From positions 1 to 64,000 of the forward strand of contig JBHLOC010000019.1 of NCBI GenBank assembly GCA_048940925.1: 64,000 nucleotides of DNA, written 5' to 3'. The notes under the pieces were generated by a model. That model saw only the letters and a list, made by a program, of their open reading frames with translations, ran no database searches and was not told the origin of the DNA. This DNA is from Promethearchaeota archaeon. Its GTDB lineage: Archaea; Asgardarchaeota; Lokiarchaeia; Sigyniarchaeales; SOKP01. Below, one piece after another: positions 21,651 to 31,782 of this stretch. The translations under genes were made by a program, and so were the position numbers. Positions within the stretch are counted from its first letter, which is position 1. Each line of letters begins with the position of its first letter.

Positions 21651-22721
21651 ATACCAAGAAGAATTCTGAAACTAAAAAAGAAAAAAAAAGTAGGAGTTCC
21701 TCCTGGAACCCTCATATATACTGGAGAAAAACCAAAGATAAAAACTAAAATAAAAATTATTGATTATGATTCAGAAAATTTTTCTATTGAAGAAATTAAA
21801 GATTTCAATAATAATTTAGCAAAAATTGATCAAAATAAAGTTAGATGGATAAATATTACAGGATTATCAGAAATAGATATTATAGAAAAAATTGGAGAAA
21901 TATTCCATCTCCATCCCCTTGTGTTGGAAGATATTTTAAATCCTAATCAACGTCCAAAATTTGAAGATTATGAAGATTACATCTTTATTGTATTAAAAAT
22001 ACTCATTTGGAATCAGGAAGATGAAGTTTTCGAAACTGAACAAATAAGTTTTATCTTAGGTATAAATTTTGTAATATCTTTTGTAGAACAAGAGAGCAAT
22101 ATTTTCAATCCAATAATTGAAAGAATAGAATTTAAAAAAGGACGGATCAGAGGAATGAACGCTGATTACTTAATTTATGCATTAATAGATGTAATTGTAG
22201 ATGATTATTTTATAATTTTGGAACTTATAGGAGAGACTATTGAGGAGATTGAAGATAATTTAATTAAGAATCCTGAACCTGAAGTCTTACAATCTATTTA
22301 TCAACTGAAAAGGAATAGTATAGATGTAAGAAAATCAATTTGGCCTTTAAGAGAAGTTATTAATAAGTTGATACGAGTGCAATCAAATTTGTTTTCTGAT
22401 GAATTACAAATCTACACAAGAGATCTTTATGATCACATTTTTCGTATCAGCGATCTATTAGAAAACTATAGAGATATAATATTTGGAATGTTAGATATGT
22501 ATCTTTCGAGTGTTAGTAATAGAATGAATGAAATTATGAAAGTCCTTACAATTATCTCAACAATATTCATCCCATTATCGTTTTTAGCTGGTTTTTATGG
22601 AATGAATTTTATCTATATGCCCGAACTTAAATCTCCACTAGCATATCCAATGCTTATTTTAATAATGAGTTTGATTGCTACTGTTATGATAATGTTTTTT
22701 AGGAGAAAAAAATGGATTTAA
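21651..22721 (+). CDS. corA: Magnesium/cobalt transporter CorA; the real N-terminus extends ~90 codons upstream of the called ORF, with an ATA at the expected start
   Basis: Same frame upstream reads IPRRILKLKKKKKVGVPPGTLIYTG..RWINITGL..FHLHPLVLEDI; GMN signature (FYGMNF), MPEL. Confidence 0.9.
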   Translation: MPRRILKLKKKKKVGVPPGTLIYTGEKPKIKTKIKIIDYDSENFSIEEIKDFNNNLAKIDQNKVRWINITGLSEIDIIEKIGEIFHLHPLVLEDILNPNQRPKFEDYEDYIFIVLKILIWNQEDEVFETEQISFILGINFVISFVEQESNIFNPIIERIEFKKGRIRGMNADYLIYALIDVIVDDYFIILELIGETIEEIEDNLIKNPEPEVLQSIYQLKRNSIDVRKSIWPLREVINKLIRVQSNLFSDELQIYTRDLYDHIFRISDLLENYRDIIFGMLDMYLSSVSNRMNEIMKVLTIISTIFIPLSFLAGFYGMNFIYMPELKSPLAYPMLILIMSLIATVMIMFFRRKKWI

Positions 22722-22819
22722 CAAAACCTTTATAAATTTGAATTTAATCTTTTTTTATCAAAAACATTATAAAAAAAGGAAACTATAGAATTTTAACAAA
22801 AACACATCAAAAATGAAAA

Positions 22820-23011
22820 ATGATACCAAAAAAAGTAATTGAAAATTTAATAAATAACTACATATATGTTTACGTTAAAAATATTAACAAAGAATTTGCT
22901 GGAAAAATTATTTCTATAACGGATGCTGATGTACTAGTCTTAGAAGATAAAAATAATAACCTTGTCAATATTCCAATTTCAGAAATAAGTGTAATTACAG
23001 AGAGAAGATAA
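22820..23011 (+). CDS. Small Sm/Lsm-like fold protein (tentative)
   Basis: 63 aa; helix followed by beta strands with GKI and IPISEI. Confidence 0.55.
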   Translation: MIPKKVIENLINNYIYVYVKNINKEFAGKIISITDADVLVLEDKNNNLVNIPISEISVITERR

Positions 23012-23046
23012 GATTTTCTTATGCATATATAATCCAATGATAACTC

Positions 23047-23649
23047 TTGCTAATCAGTATATCGCATATTGTAATGTTTTATAATAATGGAACTGTTTTT
23101 CAAACTACATTTGAGCAAGAAATTAATGGTCCAAAATTAGGTGAAAATTTAGCCGAATTTTTAACTCCCATAAGAAATGTATATAACATTTGTAATTTCA
23201 AATCAGAAGATTAGAAAAAACTAATTTTTGAGACCGATGAGATATCTACAATAATTTTAAAGCTTGGAGAAGATAGTAATATTCCTTTATTTTTTAAAAA
23301 AGAAGAAGTAAAAGATATAAAATTGAGTTCCATCAGACGCTATTTAACTAGAATAGAAGAACTAATTGATATGGATGAAAAAGAAATTATTCTTCAAGAA
23401 ATATTAAATAAAGAAGACCAATTAACAAAAATGCAAGAATTTCTCCAACCCAATCAACAAACTATTCAAAATTTACATGAAGAATTAAAGAATCTGGATT
23501 CAAGTGAACTCCAAGAAGAATTTAAAAGGGTTGAAGAAGAAATAAATTCTCTAGAAGAAGATTGCATAAAGTTAAGAAAAGAGATTACTAATAATAATGA
23601 ACAGATTCTAAATTTAAAAGAAATTATTAAAAAAGGTAAAAATCCTTAG
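23047..23649 (+). pseudogene. Roadblock/LC7-like domain plus coiled coil, interrupted by an in-frame TAG at 23212
   Basis: One frame reads ISHIVMFYNNGTVFQTT..KLGENLAEFL..SED*KKLIFETDEISTIILKLGEDSN and continues into ORF 23323-23649. Confidence 0.6.
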
Positions 23650-23790
23650 ATTTTGTTACCAAATTTAAATATTTCAGATTGTAAAATTAAAAATTAATCA
23701 TTTATAAATTAGATATCAGTATAATTTATATTAGCAATATATTGTTTAAAAATTCAAATCTTTTAAAATTAATATAAAGGTGATTATCAT

Positions 23791-24459
23791 ATGCAAAATT
23801 TAAAACAAATTGAAAAAGAAGCTCAAGAACATCGTAAAATAGCTCAGCATGAAAAAGACGTTGCCCAAAAATTAAAAATGAGTGCTTCAACTGAAATTAA
23901 AAAATCCAAAGCTAGAGAAACTTTAATGAAAATTGAATATAAATTAGCAGATATAAAACAAGATTTGGCAGAAAAAAGAAATAACTTAGCGAAAGAAAAG
24001 ACAGAAATCAAAAATAATAAGATTTTAGATTTTTCTGAAGAGGAATTAAAAATTGAAAGAGATTATGCTATATATAATGAAAAAATAGCTAAAAATCAAA
24101 AAGAGATTGCTGAAATCAATAAAAAAATAGCTATAGCTGAGAAAGAAATAGCTGAACAAAAAGTAAAATTAGCAAAAGAAAAATTAAACCTAGCTAAAAC
24201 AAGAGAAGAACTAGCGAAAAAACAATTAGCTTTTATCAAGATAGCACAAACTCAGGCTTCAGATGATAAAATTTTGAAAGCTAAAAATAATGCAGAAAAG
24301 CAAAAAGAAGAACTAATTAAAAAAAAAAATGAAATAATAGATTCAGAAAAAAAAGTGAAGAAAAGAGAAAATAAACTCGCTAATTTAAAGAAAGATTTAT
24401 CCTTAAAACTTGCTGAAAGAGAAAAAATTAGACATCCTGGAGTGATTGTAGCGGGATAA
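23791..24459 (+). CDS. Long coiled-coil protein, paralog of 25560-26216
   Basis: K/E-rich heptads; shared KAREx L, AIYNEK and LKKxLSxKLAEREKIR; AGGTGA RBS. Confidence 0.85.
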   Translation: MQNLKQIEKEAQEHRKIAQHEKDVAQKLKMSASTEIKKSKARETLMKIEYKLADIKQDLAEKRNNLAKEKTEIKNNKILDFSEEELKIERDYAIYNEKIAKNQKEIAEINKKIAIAEKEIAEQKVKLAKEKLNLAKTREELAKKQLAFIKIAQTQASDDKILKAKNNAEKQKEELIKKKNEIIDSEKKVKKRENKLANLKKDLSLKLAEREKIRHPGVIVAG

Positions 24460-24573
24460 TTTTTGAGCTTTTATATATACTTTAGAAAATCCCTTTTAGC
24501 TGAATTTTCATTAAAGTTTTAATTGAATTTTATATGGTTTAGATTATTAATTTGAAGTTCTTAATTTATTTTT

Positions 24574-25143
24574 TTATTTAAGGTTAAATTCTAAATGAAT
24601 CAAATTTGATGTTTTTTCTTCTATTGTGATAACAAACTCCAAATTGAAATACTCGGATAAGAGATATTTATAAAATTTAGAAAAAAAATTCGAAAATATC
24701 TCATCTAGATCATGTAAACCTCTAAAAGTATATATTGTATCTTGGATTTGAATATCAAGAGTATTAAACCATTTTAATCCGTTTTTACCAAAAAAATTGA
24801 TTGAAAAAATAGCATAAGCTTTCAATGACTCATCATTCATCGTTTTAGCTACTAAAAATTTCATTATATTTGAGAATAGATCAGCAGAATCCTTAGCAAT
24901 TATATTTAAATCCTCTTCCTCTAAGTTAGAAAGGATCTTAGAAAAAACCGTTTTAGATATCATAATCATCTCGTTAGTTTGATTGAATAATTCTAAGTTC
25001 AACCATTGTTCAATAGCATCCTTCGCGACCAAACCACGTGTTTTATTATCCTGTTTTGCAAGTAGATCCAATTTATAAAGTATTTCTTCTGACAGTCTAA
25101 ATCCGAGAAAATTGCTTTTTTTTGCTTTTTTTGCCATTGTCAA
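24574..25143 (-). CDS. Ribbon-helix-helix transcriptional regulator with C-terminal ligand-binding-like domain
   Basis: FLGFRLSEEILYKLDLLAK..KTRGLVAKDAIEQWL RHH pattern. Confidence 0.7.
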   Translation of the reverse strand: MTMAKKAKKSNFLGFRLSEEILYKLDLLAKQDNKTRGLVAKDAIEQWLNLELFNQTNEMIMISKTVFSKILSNLEEEDLNIIAKDSADLFSNIMKFLVAKTMNDESLKAYAIFSINFFGKNGLKWFNTLDIQIQDTIYTFRGLHDLDEIFSNFFSKFYKYLLSEYFNLEFVITIEEKTSNLIHLEFNLK

Positions 25144-25173
25144 ATCGTTTGTTGTTAATCGAATCCTAAAACA

Positions 25174-25254
25174 TTTTCAATGTATATAATTAGTTTTCAA
25201 TGTATTTAAAGTTGTCGATCAAAGCTATTGTTTTCAAATGAAAACATTTAAATA
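25174..25254. promoter_or_regulatory. Candidate operator and promoter between the RHH gene and the divergent acidic-peptide/coiled-coil genes
   Basis: Direct repeats TTTTCAATGTAT at 25174 and 25194; palindrome TGTTTTCA-AA-TGAAAACA at 25229-25246 directly before TATA-like TTTAAATA. Confidence 0.6.
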
Positions 25255-25313
25255 TAATGAAATCTTCATTGCGAATTATAGTTCAAATATTTAAAAATTA
25301 GGAGGAATAAAAA

Positions 25314-25478
25314 ATGAATCAAGAAATAAATTCAAAAAAGAAGAAAAAATATGATGAAGATGAAGATTATGATGAAAATAATGATGGATACTACGAAGAT
25401 GAAGATGACGAAGATGATTGGGATTATGATGACGATGAAAAAGAAGAAATAGATGATTATGATGAAATCTATAGTTAA
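25314..25478 (+). CDS. 54-aa extremely acidic peptide (not in ORF track)
   Basis: AGGAGG RBS before ATG; MNQEINSKKKKKYDEDEDYDENNDGYYEDEDDEDDWDYDDDEKEEIDDYDEIYS. Confidence 0.75.
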   Translation: MNQEINSKKKKKYDEDEDYDENNDGYYEDEDDEDDWDYDDDEKEEIDDYDEIYS

Positions 25479-25559
25479 TTCCATTAGAATCATAATAAAT
25501 AGATTTTAAAAAAAAAATATAAAAAAAATTAAATAAATTAAGTATAGAGGTGTGTATAA

Positions 25560-26216
25560 ATGGAAGAAGTCAAAAATGTAGAAAAGTTAGCTCTTGAAAA
25601 TTCAAACATAGCAAGAGATGAAAAATTAACAGCAACGGAAATGAAAACTTTAGCAAAACAAGAAGTAAAAAAAGCGAAAGCAAGAGAGATGCTAGTTAAA
25701 AATGAAATTGAACTAACGAAGATAAGAGAAAGATTAGCTGAAAAAGGCAAGAAATTAGTGGAGCGAAAAGAAAAAGTAAAAGACATTTTAAAATTTTCTG
25801 CAGAAAGTTTGAAAGCTGAGAAAAATCAAGCAATCTATAATGAAAAGGTTGCTGAGGTGCAGAAAAAAGTAGCTGAAATTCAACGAAAAATTGCTCAAGC
25901 TGAAACTGATGTTGCAGAAGTAAAGGTTAAACTGGCTAATAAGAAACTTGATGAAACTAAAGAAAGAACAAATTTATCAAAAAAGCAATATGCATATGTT
26001 AAATTAGTAAATAGTAGCGCTCCTGCAGAAAAAATCACAAAAGCTGAAGAAACGTATCTAAAACAACAGAAAGGTCTAACCAGATTTGAAACTGATGCGA
26101 TGGAAATCAATAAAGAGATTGTAGATAGACAGAATAAATTAGCTGATCTTAAAAAAGAACTCTCAGAAAAATTAGCAGAAAGAGAAAAAATCCGACCAGC
26201 AGGAAGCACGCTGTAA
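25560..26216 (+). CDS. Long coiled-coil protein, paralog of 23791-24459
   Basis: Heptad-rich; GAGGTG RBS; shared C-terminal motif. Confidence 0.85.
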   Translation: MEEVKNVEKLALENSNIARDEKLTATEMKTLAKQEVKKAKAREMLVKNEIELTKIRERLAEKGKKLVERKEKVKDILKFSAESLKAEKNQAIYNEKVAEVQKKVAEIQRKIAQAETDVAEVKVKLANKKLDETKERTNLSKKQYAYVKLVNSSAPAEKITKAEETYLKQQKGLTRFETDAMEINKEIVDRQNKLADLKKELSEKLAEREKIRPAGSTL

Positions 26217-26318
26217 AGAATGATTCAAAAAAGAGAATATATTTCAACAAAATAATTTTTTTTTCTATTCATAGTAAATACTGAAGAAAATGGGCAGAAT
26301 AGAATTTAGGTTTTTTAA

Positions 26319-26513
26319 ATGATGTTAAATCAAATAATAATTCTAATCATTCTTTTATTTGGTGTTTTAATAGTATCTTTTATATTAGTAATCAGTTTAT
26401 TTATCAATGCATTAAAAGAAAAGTCAGATAACCTTTATTTCTTCATCTCTTTATTAGGACTTGTAATTATATTCGTAATACCTGTTATTTTAGGATTGAT
26501 CCAAGAATTGTAA
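26319..26513 (+). CDS. Small two-TM membrane protein
   Basis: Two hydrophobic segments in 64 aa. Confidence 0.55.
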   Translation: MMLNQIIILIILLFGVLIVSFILVISLFINALKEKSDNLYFFISLLGLVIIFVIPVILGLIQEL

Positions 26514-26725
26514 AAATAAAATTATTTCTTATTAGTTTAAATTAAAGAAAGAATAAAATATTGAAGGAACAAATATACCATTTTTTTATTCATTTTAATT
26601 TAATTATAATAAAACATTTATAGATTTATTTAACAAATTTTTTAATTTACTTTTAATAGATCTAAATATTACGATATAAAATTGCATAATCATTTAATAT
26701 TAATATAAAAGAAGTGGAATTGTTA

Positions 26726-27610
26726 ATGGCTAAGGCGGAAGAATATAAAATGTTCCAAGGTTGCGTTATCGGCAACAGAATTCCTTTCATTGAAGCCTCT
26801 GCTAGAAAGGTATTTGACAAACTCGGGATAAAAACATCGGATGCAGCTTTTGCATGTTGTCCAGATCCTGTCGGATTCAATAGTACTGATCATCTTAGCT
26901 GGATGGCAATGGGGGCGAGAAATCTTACTCTAGCAGAAAATGATGGAAAAGATATCATCTCACTGTGTAATGGATGTTTTCAAACATTAAAACTTGTTAA
27001 TGAAGAATTAAAGCATGATGATCATGAAAAAGAAAGCATTAATAAGATTTTAAAAACAGTTGGTAAAGAATTCAAAGGGACTATTAATGTGAAGCATTTT
27101 GTAGAGGTTTTACATGACTATGTTGATAAAATAAAGGAGAATGTAAAAAATGAGCTGAGCGGATTGAAAGTGGCATGTCACACGGGATGTCACTATAATA
27201 GACCTTCAGAGAAAATGCAAACAGATGATCCTATGAATCCAGTGAAATTGAGAGAAATTGTGGCAGCAACAGGAGCTACTCCAGTCGATTATGAAGAAGA
27301 GATGCTATGCTGTGGTTCAGGAGTTGGGAATGCAGAAGAAGAGCCAGCAATGCAAATTTTATCAAATAAGTTGACAAGTGCTATGAATGCTGGAGCTGAA
27401 GCAATGATCGTTAATTGTCCTGCATGTTTTCAACAATTTGATAACAATCAGAAGAAGGCTAGTGAAGTTAGTGGAAAGACATTTAATATTCCTGTGTTGT
27501 ATGTAACTGAATTACTTTCTCTTGCTTTTGGTGAACAACCAGATGATTTAGGACTAAAGTTTCACCGTACAAGGTTAACAGCTTTTTTGGGAAAGCATGG
27601 ATTTAAATAA
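26726..27610 (+). CDS. hdrB: Heterodisulfide reductase subunit B (CCG domain)
   Basis: FQGC, ACCPDP, LCNGC, HTGCHY.RP, LCCG, NCPACFQQFD; likely ATG at 26726. Confidence 0.93.
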   Translation: MAKAEEYKMFQGCVIGNRIPFIEASARKVFDKLGIKTSDAAFACCPDPVGFNSTDHLSWMAMGARNLTLAENDGKDIISLCNGCFQTLKLVNEELKHDDHEKESINKILKTVGKEFKGTINVKHFVEVLHDYVDKIKENVKNELSGLKVACHTGCHYNRPSEKMQTDDPMNPVKLREIVAATGATPVDYEEEMLCCGSGVGNAEEEPAMQILSNKLTSAMNAGAEAMIVNCPACFQQFDNNQKKASEVSGKTFNIPVLYVTELLSLAFGEQPDDLGLKFHRTRLTAFLGKHGFK

Positions 27611-27643
27611 TTTAACTTTTTATTTTCCTAATACTTGTTTTAA

Positions 27644-28828
27644 CTAAGAAACATACCTATTTAATAGTAATAGTTCTATTTCTGCTATGAGATCTTCAGG
27701 CATCTGTGTTAAATAACCTTGGGAAGATTTAGGGCTTCCACCACCCTTCCCACCAAATTTGTTTATTAATTTTTGTAGAAGGTCATTCGAATTTATTATT
27801 TCATTTAAAGAAAGTATTCTTATTTTATTATTTTCAAATTTGAAAATCAGAAGTGAATTTAAAGGAAAATTATCTAATGATTTGTTTATAGTCTTAATAT
27901 CGACTTCAAAATTGATTAGAAAGAGTGGAATTTCATTAATTAATTTTAAAGGAGATTTAGAAATCAATTCTAATAGCTTAAAAGATAATTCATTGTTTTG
28001 ATTTTGAATTTTTTTTATTAATCCTAACCGTTTTTTAAGTAATTCTTTCAGTTTTATTATAGAAGAGTTGATATCATTAGCCAGATCAATTAGATCTATA
28101 TTTAAATTTGTACTCATTTCTAAAGCTTTATTACCTACGACGTATTTAATCTCTTTTCCCTTTTTAAATTCATAGATTAATAACGCGCCAATTTCTGTAG
28201 TATTCTTTACATGGGTTCCTCCACAACATACTAGATCTAAATCTTGAATTTCCATTAACCGTATATTAGAATTATCAGGAATAACACTTCTTATTTTCTC
28301 AGAATTTTTTACAGCTTCTTCACGCGGAATTATTTTTGCATTCATTTTGAAATTTTGAGTAGTACAGATTTTATTAACTTCAGTTAAAAGCTCATTCAAT
28401 TGCTTATAATTTACTTTTTGAGAAAATTCAATGAAAACATCTTCAAAACTGAGATTCGCGCGTTCAGTATCGATATCATATTTTTTTTTAATAACTGCTG
28501 AGAAAATATGTTGAGAAGTATGAGCTTTCATTATACCATAACGAAATTTCCAATCAATTTCCCCCTCAACCTGATCTCCAATATTAAAATTTTTTATACT
28601 GTTAGGTGATACTTGATGTAAAATATCTTCTCCATCCTTAACAACATGAAAAACTTCAATTTTTAGATCCTTAATGCGGAAATATCCACGATCACTTATT
28701 TGATTGCCACTTTCAGGATAAAATAAAGTTTTATCTAACACAATACCATTTTCTCTAATAACTTCAATTTTTGCTCTAAACTTGGTTTCATAAGGTGTTT
28801 TCCAATACAGTTTTTGGGTCATTTTCAA
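27644..28828 (-). CDS. Alanyl-tRNA editing protein with C-terminal DHHA1 domain (AlaX-L type)
   Basis: TLFYPESG.Q..D, HTSQH, CGGTH, GGKGGG. Confidence 0.9.
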   Translation of the reverse strand: MKMTQKLYWKTPYETKFRAKIEVIRENGIVLDKTLFYPESGNQISDRGYFRIKDLKIEVFHVVKDGEDILHQVSPNSIKNFNIGDQVEGEIDWKFRYGIMKAHTSQHIFSAVIKKKYDIDTERANLSFEDVFIEFSQKVNYKQLNELLTEVNKICTTQNFKMNAKIIPREEAVKNSEKIRSVIPDNSNIRLMEIQDLDLVCCGGTHVKNTTEIGALLIYEFKKGKEIKYVVGNKALEMSTNLNIDLIDLANDINSSIIKLKELLKKRLGLIKKIQNQNNELSFKLLELISKSPLKLINEIPLFLINFEVDIKTINKSLDNFPLNSLLIFKFENNKIRILSLNEIINSNDLLQKLINKFGGKGGGSPKSSQGYLTQMPEDLIAEIELLLLNRYVS

Positions 28829-28951
28829 ATTTCTCTTGAAAAGATTATTATGAGATTAAGTCAATAAATATTGTCACATATTTCAAAATATAATATACTT
28901 ATAATAATATGGCGTATAATTTTGACTTATTTTTCCATTTACTTCTATTTT

Positions 28952-30268
28952 TCAATCGATTAATTTTCCGAATAAATTAAAACCATTTATATATACGATT
29001 TTTACTCTTACAAATTTACCAAATTTTCCTTTATAATCATCTATAAAAACATTTTTATAGGCATAATTTCTACCAAAAGCTTGATGCCTTTCTGAGCCTT
29101 CATGCAATAATAATACTTCACCCTTCCAATCCTTCCATTTATCGTTAATATGCTCCAGATTATTTTTAAAAACTTTTGATAATCTTATTGATCTTTGTTT
29201 TATTGTTTGACTATCGATTTGTTTCATTTTCTTTGCTTTTGTACTTGGACGAGCTGTGAACTTTGAAATATTTAAAATCTCAGGTTTTAACCATTTTATA
29301 AAATTAATAGTTCTATAGAAATCATATTCCGTTTCACTAGGAAAACCACAAATTATATCTGTAGCTATTGTAAGACTTGGATAATGCATTCTTAATGTTT
29401 CAATTTTATCAATAATTTCTGAAATTAAATACTTTCTTTCCATTGTTTTTAGGATATTATTACTCCCTGACTGAATTGGGATGTGTAAAAACTGATAAAT
29501 TTTTGGGAGTTTAAAAATTGAAATCAACTGTTCAGAATTATTAATTAAAAAACTGGGATTAATCATTCCTACCCTCAAAAAGAACTTAAACTTCAAGCTT
29601 GTAATTTTATTAATTAAATTATATAATGAAATTCCATTTGATTGATATACACTGCAATCTTGTGAAGTTAAATATATTTGTTTAATCCCTTGTTTCAATT
29701 GATACTTAACATTCTGAATTATATTATTAGGATTATAACAGTTTAATGTTCCCCTAGCATTCTTTACACAGCAATAAGTACAAGATCCTTCACATCCTTC
29801 TGAAATTGGAATAATTCCAGTTATTTTTCCCTGACGATGATTAATAAGTATTTCTGCTTTATCAATTGAATGTTCTGATTTAAATATTAAATTTTTTCCA
29901 TCCTTTTTAATTTCCTTAAATATTTCAGGAAGTTGAGTAATATTATCTAAATCTATGATAGCTGAAAATGAAGGGATCACTCTTTTAATTACTTTTATAT
30001 AATTTGGAGCTATATGCGGTAAACAACCCGCAATTATAATATACTTATTGGCTATAGATTGATAAAGTTGATTTAATTCCTTCAAACGAGCTTTAATTTT
30101 ATTTTCAGTTTGTTCCTTGACTCCACAAGTATTTATAATGACAAATTGAGCCTCTTCTTGAGATGCTTTGAAATAATTCGAATTTAACAAAGTATTTTCG
30201 ATTATATATGAATCAGCTTTATTTGAAGCGCATCCATAGGTTTCTATATAAAACGAATTCTCTAGCAA
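28952..30268 (-). CDS. mtaB: tRNA t6A37 methylthiotransferase (MiaB-like, archaeal MtaB type)
   Basis: ETYGC, INTCGVK, AGC, CEGSCTYC, HIPIQSGS, DIICGFPSE, C-terminal TRAM. Confidence 0.88.
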   Translation of the reverse strand: MLENSFYIETYGCASNKADSYIIENTLLNSNYFKASQEEAQFVIINTCGVKEQTENKIKARLKELNQLYQSIANKYIIIAGCLPHIAPNYIKVIKRVIPSFSAIIDLDNITQLPEIFKEIKKDGKNLIFKSEHSIDKAEILINHRQGKITGIIPISEGCEGSCTYCCVKNARGTLNCYNPNNIIQNVKYQLKQGIKQIYLTSQDCSVYQSNGISLYNLINKITSLKFKFFLRVGMINPSFLINNSEQLISIFKLPKIYQFLHIPIQSGSNNILKTMERKYLISEIIDKIETLRMHYPSLTIATDIICGFPSETEYDFYRTINFIKWLKPEILNISKFTARPSTKAKKMKQIDSQTIKQRSIRLSKVFKNNLEHINDKWKDWKGEVLLLHEGSERHQAFGRNYAYKNVFIDDYKGKFGKFVRVKIVYINGFNLFGKLID

Positions 30269-30383
30269 AACTTTTCATTTAAAAAGAATATAATACTTTA
30301 TAAAAACACCTTGATTATTGACTAATAATACTTTTTTAAATTAAAATAAACTAGCATATTTTAAACAAAAAAGTTGGGTAGAG

Positions 30384-30821
30384 ATGTCCAAAAAAGTCAA
30401 ATATGCATATTGTAAAGTATGTAAACATGAAGTAGAAAATGCTACTAAAAAGCCAATGACTACAAGTCAAAAAATTGGCTGGTTAATTGGTATTGTAGGT
30501 ACTTTAGGAATTGCTGCTATTGTTTTGGCAATCATTCAATCAAACAAACCTAAAAATTATTGTCCTTACTGCTACTCTAAATTAGAATACTCAGATGAAC
30601 CATTTGAAAAACCAAAAAAGAAACCTGAAAAAATGACATCAAAAGAAAAATTACTTGAAAAAGCTGGAATTGAAGAAGAACCAAAAGAAAAGTCAGAACG
30701 AGAAAAACCTTCAAAGAAGAAAACTGAAGAAGTAAAGAAGATATACTGCCCTTATTGTGGAGAAGAACTAGACGAAAAGTATCCAACTTGTCCATTTTGT
30801 CAGTCTGTTATAGAGTTTTAG
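30384..30821 (+). CDS. LITAF-like zinc-binding membrane protein with second C-terminal zinc ribbon
   Basis: CKVC - hydrophobic helix - YCPYC; then CPYC..CPFC. Confidence 0.65.
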   Translation: MSKKVKYAYCKVCKHEVENATKKPMTTSQKIGWLIGIVGTLGIAAIVLAIIQSNKPKNYCPYCYSKLEYSDEPFEKPKKKPEKMTSKEKLLEKAGIEEEPKEKSEREKPSKKKTEEVKKIYCPYCGEELDEKYPTCPFCQSVIEF

Positions 30822-30956
30822 TTTCAAGTATTATAACTCGAATAGATTTTCATATCAATAAAATAATAAAAATAAATAATAGAATAACTAATAATAAAAG
30901 TATATAATTTTGAAAATCTAAATTTAATTTTATTAAAAAAAATAGTTGAGAAAATT

Positions 30957-31739
30957 ATGCCGAGAGCAGGAAGGAGAGCACCCGAGAGAGAATCCCATCC
31001 ACTTGATGTATATAGTGCGTGGGATCTTCGTTTTGCCAAAGTAATATATTATGGGCTTATACTTGCTACTGTGATAGTAGTATTAGGAGTGTGGGGGGTA
31101 ATTATAGGACTCTTGATTCCCGGAGGTGCATGGGAAGCTTTTTTGGAACTTGATCTTGGATATCAGATAGCTATCATTGCTGGAGCAATCACAGGTCATT
31201 TATTCTTATTAGTTCTCTTTTATACAGTCTTTCGTGGGGGAATGGTGCGTCTATGTCAGGTAATGTTTAAAGATCGAGCTATTGCGAGTAAATGGCAGGA
31301 TTATTATGGCTTAAGAATGCTAATAGGAGTTGCTCTTATGGGGTTATATGTTACAATCATAAGTTTGATTATAGGTTTACTCCCAGCTACATTTGCAGAT
31401 TTTGTAAAAGATGTTTGGAAGGCGCAAGTGCAAACCTTTAATGAATTTCCAGGATTGTGGATTATGTGGGTAGGGGGAATTGTTTTTCTTATAGTTGGCA
31501 TTATATTTTTGGGATTTTTTATTTGGAATCATGGAGTTTTTTGGGTTCTAAGACATGTTAAAGAAATAGAAGAAGAAATTGAAATTGATGATCGTATTAA
31601 AAAAGAAGCTATCCAAAAAGCTGATGAAAGAGCACTTAGAGACATTTATAAAAAAGAAACAGGGCAAAAAGCAATATATCGAGGAAAAGAAACTACCGGT
31701 TATGTAGCGTGGAAGAAAGAGCAAGGTGTAAAAAAATAA
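30957..31739 (+). CDS. Four-TM membrane protein of unknown function
   Basis: Four hydrophobic helices and a charged C-terminal tail. Confidence 0.8.
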   Translation: MPRAGRRAPERESHPLDVYSAWDLRFAKVIYYGLILATVIVVLGVWGVIIGLLIPGGAWEAFLELDLGYQIAIIAGAITGHLFLLVLFYTVFRGGMVRLCQVMFKDRAIASKWQDYYGLRMLIGVALMGLYVTIISLIIGLLPATFADFVKDVWKAQVQTFNEFPGLWIMWVGGIVFLIVGIIFLGFFIWNHGVFWVLRHVKEIEEEIEIDDRIKKEAIQKADERALRDIYKKETGQKAIYRGKETTGYVAWKKEQGVKK

Positions 31740-31782
31740 AACTTTAAAAATAAAATAGTAATTTAAAAATTTTTTTTATTTC

